A stretch of DNA of 63,916 bases, the filler included, from Reticulomyxa filosa (taxonomy: Eukaryota > Protista > Foraminifera), in assembly GCA_000512085.1 (NCBI GenBank). It is 19 parts of 19 records of this genome, joined end to end, with 100 filler letters (N's around TTAATTAATTAA, not from the genome) between each part and the next. Parts side by side here need not be neighbours in the genome. Positions count along the whole stretch, not along the records: positions 1 to 14,113 come from ASPP01006533.1; positions 14,214 to 16,146 come from ASPP01027962.1; positions 16,247 to 18,257 come from ASPP01023162.1; positions 18,358 to 20,457 come from ASPP01022217.1; positions 20,558 to 23,451 come from ASPP01021142.1; positions 23,552 to 25,631 come from ASPP01025124.1; positions 25,732 to 28,030 come from ASPP01012296.1; 12 more parts are not named here. One strand, given 5' to 3'. A program made the position numbers and the translations under genes. The notes beneath the pieces were generated by a model. It did no database searches, was not told the DNA's origin, and was given only the letters and a program-made list of their open reading frames with translations. Within the stretch, counting starts at the first letter, position 1, and the number at the start of each line of letters is the position of its first letter. Shown here in pieces: positions 12,146-25,807 of the stretch.

Positions 12146-13004
12146 TTCCGAAAATGCCCAGTAATGATCTCCTATCTTGAAACATTTTTGTCTTAGTTTT
12201 TATTTTCCTAGTTTATTTGAATAGACTAAATTTTAAAAAAGAGTTCAGGCATTCATTTTTTAGACAAGCTTTAACTAAGGTTTCAGTTGGGTTTGAAGAT
12301 TTCTGATACTTTTTTTTATATGAAAAATATAATTTTAGCGTCTTTAGGGCAACAAGCATTTTAAAACGAACATATTTTTGATATCCTTTGCAAATTTTAG
12401 TTGGACAGCTCTTTTATTGGTGTGGAGAGGATTAACTTCTAATGATGATTCTTACAGTCTGCAAAAATTAATTGTAGACGAGAATGTATCTATTGAATAA
12501 AAGAAAATGTTTAAGGAATACTTAAAGGAACTTATGAAAAACAGATATGGTCAGTTTATTGCAAAAGTAATATTTACAAGTACAAAAGATAATTGCTTTC
12601 AAAGAGAAACGAATTACTGAAAATTGATTCAAAAATAGTATCATTAATATATTGATACAACCAATTCGCACATTAATGACATGAAATGGTAATGTAATTC
12701 TGTGAATATTGTGATATGGATCATATTTCGGGAATAGGGACGATATTTGCATTCTTAATAATTTCGTAATATACAATATAACTAAAATCGAAAAGCAATA
12801 ATAGTGAGCCTATCATAATATGACAACAATTACTTATCATTTGATTATGTATTTAATGTAGGCATTGTGTTTTGTTCGTTTAGATATTTATTGTACTTCA
12901 TATCATTGACATTATTTTTGCATATAGATGACCACAATGCAAATCATCACGAACATTTCACACTGAATGGGTCGATGAAGCAAGGTCAATAGATCATTAA
13001 TATA

Positions 13005-13377
13005 CAGTAGAATGCAAAGTAAAGTTGACACATAAAATGGCACCTTATATAGATGATTGATTTTCTACATGAAAAAACACTAGTTTTTAAAATATCTACA
13101 AATCGTGTACTTTTAAATATCATTTTGATTTTTTATGAAATTTTTCATAATTTTTAAAAATTTTACTATTTTATTCAGTTTTGAAAATTTTCTAGAAAAA
13201 GTTGACAATCGTGCATATGTCGTAACAATGAAACTTGCCAACTTTTTTAAAGTATTTTCAGAAAATTTTCAATGTGTAGATATTTGTAAAAAAAAAGATT
13301 AGTCTTCTATGTTGTGTAGTTTTTGAGAAAACTTAATTTCTTGTTAACAAAAAAATTTTTTTTTGCAAATTTAATGT
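13005..13377 (+). mobile_element. MITE-like repeat copy 1 (TA|CAGTAG...)
   Basis: ~170 bp similar to copies at 13928 and 20268, starting TA-CAGTA. A degenerate inverted copy of the end appears at ~13270-13377. Confidence 0.55.
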
Positions 13378-13927
13378 TATTTTCAAAGTTTGTACATTGT
13401 GAAGGATGATGGTTTTTGACTATGCTTTGTCTTTACTTATCATTGGTTTTTTTGCTTTTTTTTGTCAAATGTCAAACAAGTCAAGTTAATTCAAAAGTAT
13501 AAGTGCTAAAATTTTTTTTTATGGTAAGATTGTTTTTAATGAAAATTACCATTTGGTTAAATCACTTTTTGCATTGTATAATGCTTGCATTTCTCTGGCA
13601 TTGACTTTGTTAAGTTTGTGCATATTCCTTTGTTAATTTTTTTGTTTACGAAGTTCTTCTTTGACGTGAATGGTCCATTTTTGAATATTTTTGTTTTCAC
13701 TGTTCACCACAAATTTTCGATTTAATTCAGGTCTGGAGAATTGGAGTGAATTAAATAATTTGATAGTATTTTGTTCAAAACATTCTTTTGATGTAATTAC
13801 TGTGTAGCTGGTGGCATTATCTTGCTGAATATTCTAATTTTCATTATCTTCTAAACAACAATAAATGCTTTTTGAGCATTTCATAACATAGAATTTCTTT
13901 GTAAATATCTAAAAAAAAATAATAATA

Positions 13928-14113
13928 CAGTAAGATAAAAAAGAAAGTTGACACCTAAAATGCCACCTTATAGAGATTATTGTGTTTCTCCATGAAAAAA
14001 CAACATTTAATCAAAATTTTTTTAAAAAATATCTACGAATCGTGTAGTTTTTAAATATCATTTTGGTTTTTTAAAGTCTTTCTAATTTTTTCAAAAATTT
14101 TATTCTTTCATTT
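13928..14113 (+). mobile_element. MITE-like repeat copy 2 (runs to contig end)
   Basis: TA-CAGTAAG..AAAGTTGACACCTAAAATGCCACCTTATA..TTTCTCCATGAAAAAA..AAATATCTACGAATCGTGTAGTTTTTAAATATCATTTTG matches copy 1. Confidence 0.6.
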
Positions 14114-14213
14114 NNNNNNNNNNNNNNNNNNNNNNNNNNNNNNNNNNNNNNNNNNNNTTAATTAATTAANNNNNNNNNNNNNNNNNNNNNNNNNNNNNNN
14201 NNNNNNNNNNNNN
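14114..14213. other. Artificial contig linker N44-TTAATTAATTAA-N44 (first of 18)
   Basis: Identical 100-nt spacers also start at 16147, 18258, 20458, 23452, 25632, 28031, 32989, 34965, 39404, 42175, 43791, 48074, 49753, 56461, 58640, 61175 and 62509. Confidence 0.99.
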
Positions 14214-15209
14214 ATATCCAACACTTTTTAGCTCAATCAATCTCTTACAATTGGTGTCGATATTGTTTTTGAATGATAATTTTGGAATTTGATTTTGATA
14301 AAAACCAAACATTTCATCAATCTTATTATCTTTCAATAATCCTGACATAATAGTTGAACATATTATTTCATTGATTGAAATGAAATGTTCAGATTGTTGT
14401 GAATAATCCAATAAATCCATCATCTTTTTTGATTCTTTACATTTCGCATATACATTCAACATAGAATTAATTATAATGTGATCAATTTGAATGTCAGGGT
14501 CATTTTGGATTGTTTTCCAAATTATTTCAGCACTTTCCATATCACATGAATTTGCACATACTGATAACATTAAATTACATGTTATTACATTCGGTTTGAG
14601 ATTGTAATGATTGACCAATAATTGAAAATAATATAAAGCCTGTTTAACATCACCTTTCTTTGAACATCCTTTAATCATTGTATTCAATATAATCAAATCA
14701 GGATTGGAAGGTATTGTATTTGACCTAAATTGCTGATGAATGAACCATTGTTCAAATAATTTTTTTTGAAGATCAAATTTATTCCAAATACCCAAATAAT
14801 GTAAAACCATACCACAAAAAATAAGATTCAATGGAATATTTTGTTGATGAACCAATTGAATAATTGAATGAAACGTATTTGATTGTTTTAATTCAGAACA
14901 TCTTTTAATTGCAGCAGCGTAAATACTTGTATCTTGAGAATGAGAATTTCGAAGAAATTGAATTATATCATTGGTTGTTGTCATTTGTTTAATCAATGAT
15001 CTTTCGTGATGTGATTGTGGAGATGATGTTGTCTTTGTCAATGCTCCGTCTTGCCCTTGTAATTTTTTCTTATATTCATCAGCTTTATGTTGCTGTTGTA
15101 AAAAAACTTCGTACTGGCTCTTTTGTCGAATGGAATTTAAGAAAAACATCGTGAGCGATTTACGGTAGACAGACCTGAGAGATGACATGTTTTTAGTTAT
15201 TGTTGTCAT
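14214..15209 (-). CDS. PPR protein, paralogue of 4332-5918 (3' truncated by contig end)
   Basis: DTSIYAAAIKRCSEL, IILNTMIKGCSKKG, ITCNLMLSVCANSCDMESAEIIW and IINSMLNVYAKC align repeat-for-repeat with the other PPR. Confidence 0.88.
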
Positions 15210-15563
15210 TGTTAATTTTGCTTGACAAAAAATGTTTTTATTCTACTTTTTTTTTTTACGTTCACTAAATATTGTCCATGAAACTTGTTACCTTTTTGTT
15301 TCTGATGTGTTATTTTTGTTTTTTTGACGGAGCGTATAAACAGCACAGAGCGAGGTCATGTAGTTGTTGTTAACAAAACAACACTATAAGCTAATTGAAA
15401 TGTTTTCCTTTTATTAAGTGACAAAAGAAATTTGTAAAAAGAGGAAAGGAAAACAATAACTACGTACAAGTACAAACAAAAGATGAAACAATTGTAACAC
15501 TGCCTATCTCTTTCTCTTCCTTGAAAGGAAAGTGTGCTTCATCAATTTGCTTGTATTATTGGC

Positions 15564-16107
15564 TTAATAAGGTGAAATGAATTGCCACAAAGGGATGATA
15601 AAAACAGTGAGATCATCAATGGTTCCCTTTTGATAAGCCATATCACAAACCATTTTACAACAATCATTCCATTTTTGAACAGCAAATATATCGTCAGCAG
15701 AAACATTGTTATCGATCCACTGAGTGACACTGGCCCGGACGTCTTCATTGGAAAGAACATCAAAAGGCCCATCACAGCTCATCAACAAAAAGTCTCTTTT
15801 GTCGATTTTACCAACAGTTTTTTTCGTTTCAATTTCCTTTTCTTTTCCTTCGGCCAGGGCAGCCAAGTCCAAAAACGACACATGAGGTTCACACGACAAA
15901 AAGGGTTTAATTTTGACTTGTGATAGTCCGGGCACCGTGAGTTGGTGGTCTCCAAATGCCCGACTCACTCCAATTGTCACCAGCAACTTCGATTTCGTAG
16001 CCTTCGTGTTCATTATTATTGGTGATAACCTTTCTGTCGGTGTTGTCGTTGTTGTCGTTGTCGCTGTTATTGTTGTTTTTTGTACTTGTTCATTGCCATT
16101 ATTATTA

Positions 16108-16145
<38 letters not shown>

Positions 16146-16146
16146 G
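15564..16146 (-). CDS. PP2C phosphatase C-terminal part, PPM1H/J/M-like (5' truncated)
   Basis: TIGVSRAFGDHQL..IKPFLSCEPHV..DFLLMSCDGPFDVLSNE..GTIDDLTVFIIPL. Confidence 0.85.
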
Positions 16147-16246
16147 NNNNNNNNNNNNNNNNNNNNNNNNNNNNNNNNNNNNNNNNNNNNTTAATTAATT
16201 AANNNNNNNNNNNNNNNNNNNNNNNNNNNNNNNNNNNNNNNNNNNN

Positions 16247-17580
16247 TTATTGTGAGCAAGTTCTTCAACACGTGAAAGAATTACAAGCAAGTCCAAAACT
16301 TTGCTCACAATAATATTCAAGTCCACTCGCCACACGACATATGCTTGAATGTTTAATATCCAGACATTATCGATTATTTGGCTGCAGACATGGAACGACG
16401 CATTTTTCATCCGTGTGATATACTATCAAATATCCACATGATAGACCTGTGTATTATAATAACAGATAAAGTTTACACCATTTGCTAGATTTGAGGTAAA
16501 TGTTGAAAAAGAGTGATACACACCGAAACTTCCAGAATTGGTACTGCAAACCGTAATACAAAGCATAGAAGAATAAACTGGCTCTTGCTGGACAAGGGAT
16601 TTGCGCATCTATGTATATTGGTCGTAATACCTTTTCATTTGAAAGCTTGCCATCATCTCCAGGCGCAATAACTCTTTACCACTCACAATGCTAAAGGATA
16701 TGCGTACTATAATTATTGTTGCAAAACTCCGTACAGTGTGTTAGCAACTATTTCCAAATACATACGCGCTTCAATTTGCAATTGCTTCACCTTCGTTCTT
16801 GTTGTAGCCCATGATCTTTGTTACTGACCAGTTTGTTCGATATTCGGCATTTAAAGCCACTTGTACGACAGTGCACGCCTTTGTTCTTTATTGTCGCTAT
16901 AATTTGTCCGCACGCGAGATATAACCTGCGCAACCCTGAAAAACACGAAAAATTTGTAAAAAACCATAATCACAATGTATCGTCTTCAAAACTATAGTAT
17001 AAAAGTATGGAAAGATTGTAAAATGTGTTGTTGAGAATATATTGAGATAGGTACCATTTGGCTTTATGTTAGTGTCAAATTTAGGACTTGTTGGGGAACG
17101 CAAATGTTGATGGGTTCATACTGTTGGTGGAACGTGGTCGAACCAATTTGTACCGGAGTGACGTATATGTCTTGGCAAGCAACACGATAAAGCGCAAGAA
17201 ATGTACGCTATTAGACAACCTATCACCTATAATTTTTTCGCTAAAGATTGTCCACGAGAAGTTGGCTTTGGTCAACGCAGGCACGGTGATAATGCAAATG
17301 TTTATATAAAAAAACTTTCGATATGCCTGTGAGTCCGAACACGGATGATCATCCAATCAACAGCCCATTTCACAGCAGAATATAGTGCGCGAAAAAGTTG
17401 GTGCTGATGTTGAGAAATATCAACTTGGGCGAAGTTCCAATGAAATGATACACGAAACATTTCTCCAGCGTTAATCACATACGGTATCTTGTCCCACAAA
17501 TTGAATAATATTCGCCACGTTGGTCTGGTCGTTTGAAGCAGGATTCAAGTCTGTATATCATAACACAATAAATCTTGACA
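16247..17580 (-). mobile_element. Highly decayed non-LTR (LINE) RT / RNase H relic
   Basis: Fragments QLFRALYSAVKWAVDWMI, SVHFLRFIVL and YTSLRYKLVRP occur in the order expected for the post-FADD part of LINE RTs. There are many stops and frameshifts, and no intact catalytic motif is visible. Confidence 0.45.
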
Positions 17581-17802
17581 AAAAAAATGGAGAAACACAC
17601 AACGACAGTATGAAAATAAGAAGAATGTGAGTTTGATGTATTTGAACTTGTGTTTGCTGTTCATTGCTGCCGTCGTTTCCAGTCCTATTTTTTTATTTTA
17701 AACAAATCAAATATAAAAAATGAATATAATTATTTATTTTACTTAACTATTTGCCGATGCCCACTGCGGCGCCATTCATTTTTGGAGTCATAGCTCCAAC
17801 TT

Positions 17803-18085
17803 TAAAAAAAAAAAACAACATTACAGTTTTTTTTCTTTTTTATCTTTCTTTCTTTCATTTTTTTCTTTTTCTCTTTTTTCTATTTTTCTTTTTTTCATAA
17901 TTCTTTTTATTATTTTTTTTTTTCCTTTCATAATAACAATTTTTTTTCCTCATTTCTTTTTTTTTCTCCTTTTTTTTTCTCTATTTTTTTCTCATTTCTT
18001 TTTTTTCTCCTTTTTTTTTCTATATTTTTTTCTCTATTTTTTTCCATTCCTTTTTATCTATCAATTTTCCCCTTCCCAACTTTCA
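17803..18085. repeat. Pyrimidine-rich low-complexity tract with internal duplication
   Basis: T/C runs; CTCATTTCTTTTTTTTCTCCTTTTTTTTTCT occurs twice. Confidence 0.6.
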
Positions 18086-19379
18086 AAAAACAATCTGTCA
18101 CAAAACACAAACAAAATTATTATATATTTTGAAGAAAAGCAAAAGAATACAAGTAACTTTGTGATCGTCGTTCGGTCTCCAATTCATCTTTTCCTGTGGT
18201 ACAAACTTAACAAATTTTTTTTTTATTCATGTGTGTACATAAAAACAAACAAACATANNNNNNNNNNNNNNNNNNNNNNNNNNNNNNNNNNNNNNNNNNN
18301 NTTAATTAATTAANNNNNNNNNNNNNNNNNNNNNNNNNNNNNNNNNNNNNNNNNNNNCTCTTTTTCATTTTCCACTTTTTTTTCCTCTCTTTTCATGTTC
18401 ATGGATAACATTATCTATCCTTTTCTGTATTATGGAGTTTTTTTTTTCTCCAAAAAAAAGTTGTGTTTGAAAAGGGACAACACGAAACTCTTTTTTTACA
18501 AAGTGATTAACATTATTTGACCTTCATTTATTTTTGATTTTCTAAGAAAGCAAATGAAAACTACAGCAAAAATTTAATCCCTTTCGTCTTTTTTTGGAAA
18601 CACCTTGTGAATAACAATCAATGTTTGTAAATCACATTTGTTAACATAAATAACAAAACGAATACAAGTGTAATTTGTAAATGTCTATTTTAAATTCTTT
18701 GTTATTTCCATTTTCTTAAAAGGGTACTTTGCAAATAGGTTAATTTGTTGAAACGAAGATTTGAATAGTTAGTTCAACTCTGTTGCTTGTTCTTTCGAGT
18801 GGTTATTTGTTTGTTTTTCGAATCTGGAGGTTCAGATGTTCTTCAAAGAGAAGATTTAAAAATAAATAACTCAATTTTTTTTTAATTGTTTTTACAAAAT
18901 TGCAGGAATAAGCAATTATTATCAACAGATTAATTCAGTTGTGAAATCTTCGATAGACACAAAGAATAAACAACTGAATTGCACAAGTTTTACTATTCAG
19001 ACGTCAGTAAGAATTTTTTTAATATCTATTTTGACTATTAATTTCAATATTCTTAGAAGGAAGAAGTACATCAAGCAGGACAGATAATAATTGAATCTCC
19101 GGATAAAAAGAGGCTTGAGGGTTTTATGTTTATGAATAGTCCAGTGTAAAGTTTTTCCAACTCCCCGCAAATGCAAACAGGTGAAAAAGAACAAGGAATA
19201 ATTGTAATTAATTTTTGTGAACTTGCATTGTTTTTAAAAGAAAATCTCATAAAAGAGAACTACATCTCTCCATTTTTGTAAAACTTAGAAAAAAGAGTTT
19301 TTTTGACAGAACTTCAACCCCCAAAATTTTTTGTTTGAAGTTTCGAGTGCCTATTATTAATAAAACAAAAAAAAATGAA

Positions 19380-20267
19380 GCAAGCAAAGGAAGAAAGCGC
19401 AAGAGATAAAGTAAAGACTGAAGAACATTGTCTATAATTATTTCTTAAAAACAATAACAACTCTTGTACAATTCAATCACGTGACATTAAATGTGATTTA
19501 AAGGAGAATTAAAAGATTTAAATAATCATTTAAGTAATGAATGCAATTTGAATTTAATTGATCGCAGTCATATCTGCTTCAGCCACAATTTAAATGATCA
19601 TTGCATTTCAACAATGAAATTACATTTTGATTTAGTAACTCAATTAGACAAGAAATTGAATTGAAAAATAATCGAATGAAACAAATGGAAAGAGATTTTC
19701 AACAAGACCAAGCAGATATTGAAATAATAAAAAAAAGTTTAATGACAAAGAAAAACAATAATTAAATCATTGGAAGAAAAGAATTCCAAATTGACTCAAA
19801 TTATCAACAATTACTTCAAAAATTAGATCTTTAACACAAACAAAAAAAATATATGGATCTTCTATGTTATTATCAACTATCAATTTTAATCTGTATCTTC
19901 CATTATCCAAATTAATGAATATACTAATTGTGGGAATAATATTGACTATTCAGCATTTGATGATGATCAATTCATTTGTTCTGGAGAAAAGTTCGTGTAT
20001 GTGACGTTGATAACAATAAACAAATTCAATCATTCAATGGGCATTCAAATCATGTGATATGTGTAAAATTTTCATCATATCATTATCATAATCACCATCA
20101 AAATGTCATTTGTTCTTCATCACGTGATAAAATCATTCGTTTTTGGGATTTCAAACATAATAAGTAATTACAAATATCCAATAGACACAATAGTGGTGCT
20201 AATGGAATTGAATTTTCACCATTTAATGATGTTAGATATTTATATTCTGGATCATTTGATAAAACTA
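19380..20267 (+). pseudogene. TRAF/coiled-coil + WD40 pseudogene
   Basis: VRVCDVDNNKQIQSFNGHSNHVICVKFSSYHYHNHHQNVICSSSRDKIIRFWDFKHNK* is close to the gene at 39504-40271 but has stops and deletions; it ends at a MITE insertion. Confidence 0.8.
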
Positions 20268-20457
20268 CAGTAGATTGCAAAAAAAACTGCAATACCTAAA
20301 TGGCATTATATGAAGAGAATCGATTTTCTCCATGAAAAATAAAGATTTAAACATAATTTTTTTAAAAAAATATCTACTAATCTTGTAGTTTTTAAATATT
20401 AAATTTTTTTTTCCATATTTTCTTTATTGTTGATATTTTTAATTGACATTTCAAAAT
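20268..20457 (+). mobile_element. MITE-like repeat copy 3, inserted at TA in the WD40 pseudogene
   Basis: GATAAAACTA|CAGTAGATTGC...; the paralogue at ~39570 reads GACAAAACTA|TTCGTTTATGG at the same position. Confidence 0.65.
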
Positions 20458-20754
20458 NNNNNNNNNNNNNNNNNNNNNNNNNNNNNNNNNNNNNNNNNNN
20501 NTTAATTAATTAANNNNNNNNNNNNNNNNNNNNNNNNNNNNNNNNNNNNNNNNNNNNTATATATATATATATGTATATATGTGTACACACACGACACAAT
20601 CAAAAGTGACACATTTATTAAAAATGAACCCAAGATAGGGTTGGGTACAACACATACATATATGTGTATATGAATATGTATATGACATTGAGAGACTAAA
20701 AATCAGACATATAAATAAACAAATAAATAAATAAATGTATGTATTATACAAAAA

Positions 20755-20928
20755 TGAAATGACGCAATCAAGCATACAATGGAAAAGATAAAAGACGAAC
20801 ACAACCACATGAGAGAGTGTGTAAATCACTTGATTGACTTGATTGAGCACAACAATAGCAACAATCCAAATAGCAATAGTAATACCAGCAATGGTAATCA
20901 TAATAATCACAATATTAATAACAATAAC

Positions 20929-20961
<33 letters not shown>

Positions 20962-22969
20962 TCGCCCAATTGGACAACGTCGTGGTCACCCAATCCGAAC
21001 AGTCCGCCGCACTTTCGGAACACTCAAAGCAACAAATACCAGAAGATATATGGACACGTGAATGACCAGATCAAGCAAGATCTAGCGATCATTTCCAGCA
21101 AATTGACGTTGTTGACTTCGTCTGACTTTTTCGATCAACACCTGCGCAGCACCACTTCCACGCCATCCTCGCAGTCCTATTCATGCCACTGCAATCCTGC
21201 CACTTGTCAAGGTCTTTCTTTTAAAAAAAAGAGAAAAGCAAAGGACAATATATACATACATAAATAAATTAATTCACATGCGACTAAAGATCTATACCAT
21301 ACATTACATTATGTACAAACAATAAAATGCAGCTACAGATAGCCAAGCAAAGTCGACGCACACAAAACCTCAAACAGTTGATTGATATTTTTTTATACTA
21401 ATGTATATTATATACTTTATACATATAATACATGCACATAAATAAATATATACATATAAATGTATGTATATAACATAATACACGAAATGAATGACGCTAA
21501 AAAATAGGTTGAAGCGAAACAAACGAGCAAGAAGACGGTGACACACAAAAGAGATACATTGGAGAACACACATGCATGTGCACAATTTCCAGTGCCGCTT
21601 TTGCTTCCGAATTCGGCATCTCACTCTCTTCCAATAGCAACAGGAGCAGCAGCAAGAACAAGGACAATGGGAATGGGAAAGGGAATTGGAATGGCAATGG
21701 CAATGGGAGTCAGGATAGGACGACCGCCGACAGTAAAGATAGACGATGAAAATATGGAAAGCGAATTGATGGAGGATCTTGTAAGTGACAAGGACAACAA
21801 TAATTATAATTATAATTACAATTACAATTACAATGATGACGATGATGACGATGGGATAGAAAATGAGGAATACATCCTCGAAGAGCGGGACTTCCAGCCT
21901 CTCTCTCTCAAAGGTTCTTCTCGAAGTCAGCCGATGCACATGCATGGTCTTCACGCCAAGCCCTACTGTGACGACAACGACAACGATCAGCAGCAGCATC
22001 AGCAGCAGCATCAGCAGCATCAGCATCAGCATCAGCATTACAATCACCAAGACTACGTACAAAGACGCTCGTCACATCTCCTCCTCCTCTTCGACATGCC
22101 GACGTCATCGACTGCGGTCACAGCCACGCCGACTAGCAGTCCGCAAGGAATGGTGATGGTGCATCGAGCCCCTCCTCCTTCCCCTTCTCCTTCTCCTTCT
22201 CCTTCCCCTTCCCCATCTTCGGCTCTTCCTCTTCATCAGCGACCACTATCAACTACACACCCGTCGCAGCTGCCGTCCAAGTCCGATGCACATATTCCTA
22301 AAAAGTATTACACACGCTGTCATCGTCGCCGTCGTTGTCGTCGCTCCTCGTTCTCCAATCAGCTTTTCCATGACACGTACATTCCCAATGGTAAGTCTTG
22401 AGTGAGCTCCCTCTTTTTATTTATTTTATTTATTTATTTATTTATTTTTTTAATTAATTGATTGGATTGATTTGGTGAATGTGTTAACAAGCGAACGAAA
22501 ATCGATTTTTGGCAATGGATGCACTGCCAATTCGCAAAGACGTGAAGGGATCGCACTCGCCAGAGTTTGTGTTGCCCTATAGCAGTGCATTGCATCACAC
22601 GACAATGCACCACGGGTATCCTTCTCGTCATCATCAGCAGCAAAACGAAAAAGGAGGAAGAGAAGCAGAAGCAGAAGCAGAAGAAGAGGAAGTTATGACG
22701 GAGATATTGAACGTCCCTCAAAAACAAAGCCGAAGACTAAGTGCAAAACAGGACTACTCTTGGAACGTACTCAACGACGCAAAGGAAAGGAAGCAAAGGA
22801 CGCACGCGCCAAGCGGCCAGGCTGACTTGCTTCTTCCAATTGCAGGCGCGGCTGAGCATCCCTATCGCAATCGCTTGTCGTCAGCCTCGTTTTCGGATTC
22901 GGACAGACCCCCTGCCAATGACAGACTCGTTACCACGAAAGAACATGGATTCAAGATTATCAAAGTTTC

Positions 22970-23001
<32 letters not shown>

Positions 23002-23451
23002 AATACTAATAATAATAATAAAAGTAAGCTTGATTTGACATAATCTTTTTTCTTTGTAATTGTTAGAAAGCGTGCAGTGCAGAGTCAAGTGCACGACTGA
23101 CTTATGAAATGGAGTACACGTGGGACCCGCCATTGCTCGATTTGGCGACCCATCTGCCGGACACAAACGACAGCCACTTGACCTCGTTCGGACGTAACTA
23201 CAACAGGCAGCCTCCATTCCGAAACCCTCCGGTGGTTGTGTCCAGACACTCGTATGCAAACACTAACACTAATGCCAATAGCAATAGCAATAGCAATGGC
23301 AATGGTAATAACAATAACAATAGCAATGGTAATAGTCGGAGACGAAGAGAAAAAAAAGATACAATGGAACGGTCGCTCTCTTGTTGCATTGTGAACAACA
23401 GTGATTCCGACAATGGCAATGGTATTGGAATTGGAATTAGCAATGGCAATA
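20755..23451 (+). CDS. Multi-exon low-complexity hypothetical protein (partial)
   Basis: Co-oriented ORFs 20779, 21538, 22509 and 23109 are separated by AT-rich introns; poly-N, QH, SP and EA repeats; no recognised domain. Confidence 0.6.
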
Positions 23452-24959
23452 NNNNNNNNNNNNNNNNNNNNNNNNNNNNNNNNNNNNNNNNNNNNTTAAT
23501 TAATTAANNNNNNNNNNNNNNNNNNNNNNNNNNNNNNNNNNNNNNNNNNNNTTTTGCTTATATGCTTATATTTTGTACACATTATCACATCTTTTATTTG
23601 CTTATTCCATTATGCTAATAGAATGGTACATAATTGTAACATATTACATTCTTCATTGTTTTGTATGTGCTATTGAGTAGCTAGTATATTCATTATTTGT
23701 ATGTTCTGCTCATTGTATTCATATTCCGTTATTATATAATCTATTAGTATATATTTACTTTTCCTTTAATGAACAACTATACGCATTTCGTTTCTAGATC
23801 TGAATTCACTTTTCGATTACATGTAGTACGCTTGCTAAAAAGAAGACATTGTAATCCAGGTCTTCAAGAAAAAGAAGCAGCAAAGACATTTACGACATGT
23901 TTAATACATTTTTTTAATATTGTAGTGCTATTCAAGCGATCTCCCTTGGTCAAAAATTTTTATGCACTGTCAAAAAAATTACCTTTATGTGGGGTATTTG
24001 CTAAATCTGAAAAATCAGTTAATAGTGTTGGTGCAATTAAAAAAATATGATTGTTTTGGCGTTTTTTGTTAGATTGCTATTTGTTCAAAATTGTGTTTCT
24101 TTTTATTTTTTCAATTCAATTCTCTCTTTCTTCAAGTAAATGAAAATGATATCGGATGAACGGTTGTAAAAAGTGTTAGTTCTATTTTAAAAATTTTTTT
24201 ATCTGCAATGTTTTGGTTTGTCAACAAACGAAAAAATCTAAGTTGAATTAATCAATCTTAGCATAGCTAGCCATGACGTCCTCGGGCCTGATAATGCTAA
24301 CTCACGTGGACAGATGAACTACATGAGCCAATCGCAAGACGTTTATCGCATGCAAGAGTGTTGTCCCGATAGAAGCTTGGTAGAAGTATCAAACAGGTGA
24401 TGACTATCACACGATCACTAACCCGTTTCAAATTAGATCATATTTATTTTGGCAGTTGAAGTCGGAGTACCATAGCAATGAGTGATACGAGCGATTCGGA
24501 CTACCGATAGATGAGTAAATTGTGCACTTGCCATTGTATCAATTGATGGTGGATTTGTTAGTGCAAAATAATTGATGAATCAACTAACAAAGATAAGTAC
24601 ATATATCCAACATCGGTAATACGAAGACAAAAATCGAAGGAGCATTGCACCAACTTTTTTGCGCAAAGAGTTGAACGAAGATATCGTCGATGTGTTGACA
24701 GTGACGTTTAATCCATGCATTAACGTGCGAAAGTTAAAAATTGCAAAGTGTCGATTTATGAGTAGTCAACTTGTAGATTTCGACTTGATGTTGATTAATA
24801 TGGCCAACCCATTCACTATGTGATAATATCTGTCATTTTCGTTGTTTTAAAAAAAATAGATGGAGTAACTTTTAACCACTTTATTAGAATTTTTTTAAAA
24901 ATAAATTATACGTAACCACAGCCATGTCCGAAATGGAAAAAATCAACACACAATACAGC

Positions 24960-25346
24960 AATTACCGCTTTTGTCGTGATATGATATTGTACATAGTAAT
25001 GAACAACTGCTTTGTTTTCATTCAATGCCAACGTGGTACCAATCAAACTGAATAGCACAGATATTTAATGCAAATTGTCGATCACTTGTAAATAACGCAT
25101 TTGGTGCACTTGACGCATCCAATACAGTGCCACTGTTTCTAGTAGCCAACTCAATCATAGTTCCAACGCTAACACTAATTTTACCACATTGAGTGACTGC
25201 ATTCTTTTTTCTTGTCCAAAATTGCTGTCTTTTAAAAACAACAAAAGTTTCCAACGTTCACCCCTTTGTGTTAAAAAAAAAGTCTTTTTTATTATTTTTG
25301 GAAAATAAACACTTTGTTGAAACAAGAGAACTGTCCATCCAAGCAT
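24960..25346 (-). pseudogene. Possible CAP-Gly domain relic
   Basis: ISVSVGTMIELATRNSGTV...WYHVGIE* resembles the N-terminal half of CAP-Gly; disrupted. Confidence 0.3.
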
Positions 25347-25807
25347 GGGTCAATTATCACTAAAAAAAAAGTTCCTATTACGAGCACATTGTTTTTCAGT
25401 AATGGTAATGACATGATGAAGATTGTAATGCCCCTTTTTTCAGTTTTATTTTTTTAATTTCTTTTCTTACCAGTTGGAAAATACTTTTTCAATTTCAACA
25501 CAAAAAAAAACCATACAAAAGTAACATATTGTAATATGCATTATTAATGTGATTAGATATATATTTCGCCACTCTAGTTTTAAATTTTTTTAAAAAAAAT
25601 TGTAAAATTAATTTCCACATAAGTTTGCCATNNNNNNNNNNNNNNNNNNNNNNNNNNNNNNNNNNNNNNNNNNNNTTAATTAATTAANNNNNNNNNNNNN
25701 NNNNNNNNNNNNNNNNNNNNNNNNNNNNNNNTTTTTTTTTTTTTTTTCCTTCCCTCCCCTCTCCTCTTTGTTCTGCTCTTCTTCCAAAAAAAAAAAAAAA
25801 AAAAAAA

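Noticed and set aside
21370-22108. Long antisense ORFs over low-complexity genes (also 25684-26546, 27456-27965, 33596-34153)
   Set aside because: Shadow frames of triplet and hexamer repeats in genes on the opposite strand.
24270-24830. Higher-GC coding-like stretch
   Set aside because: No ORF of 60 aa or more and no motif recognised; probably an old pseudogene.
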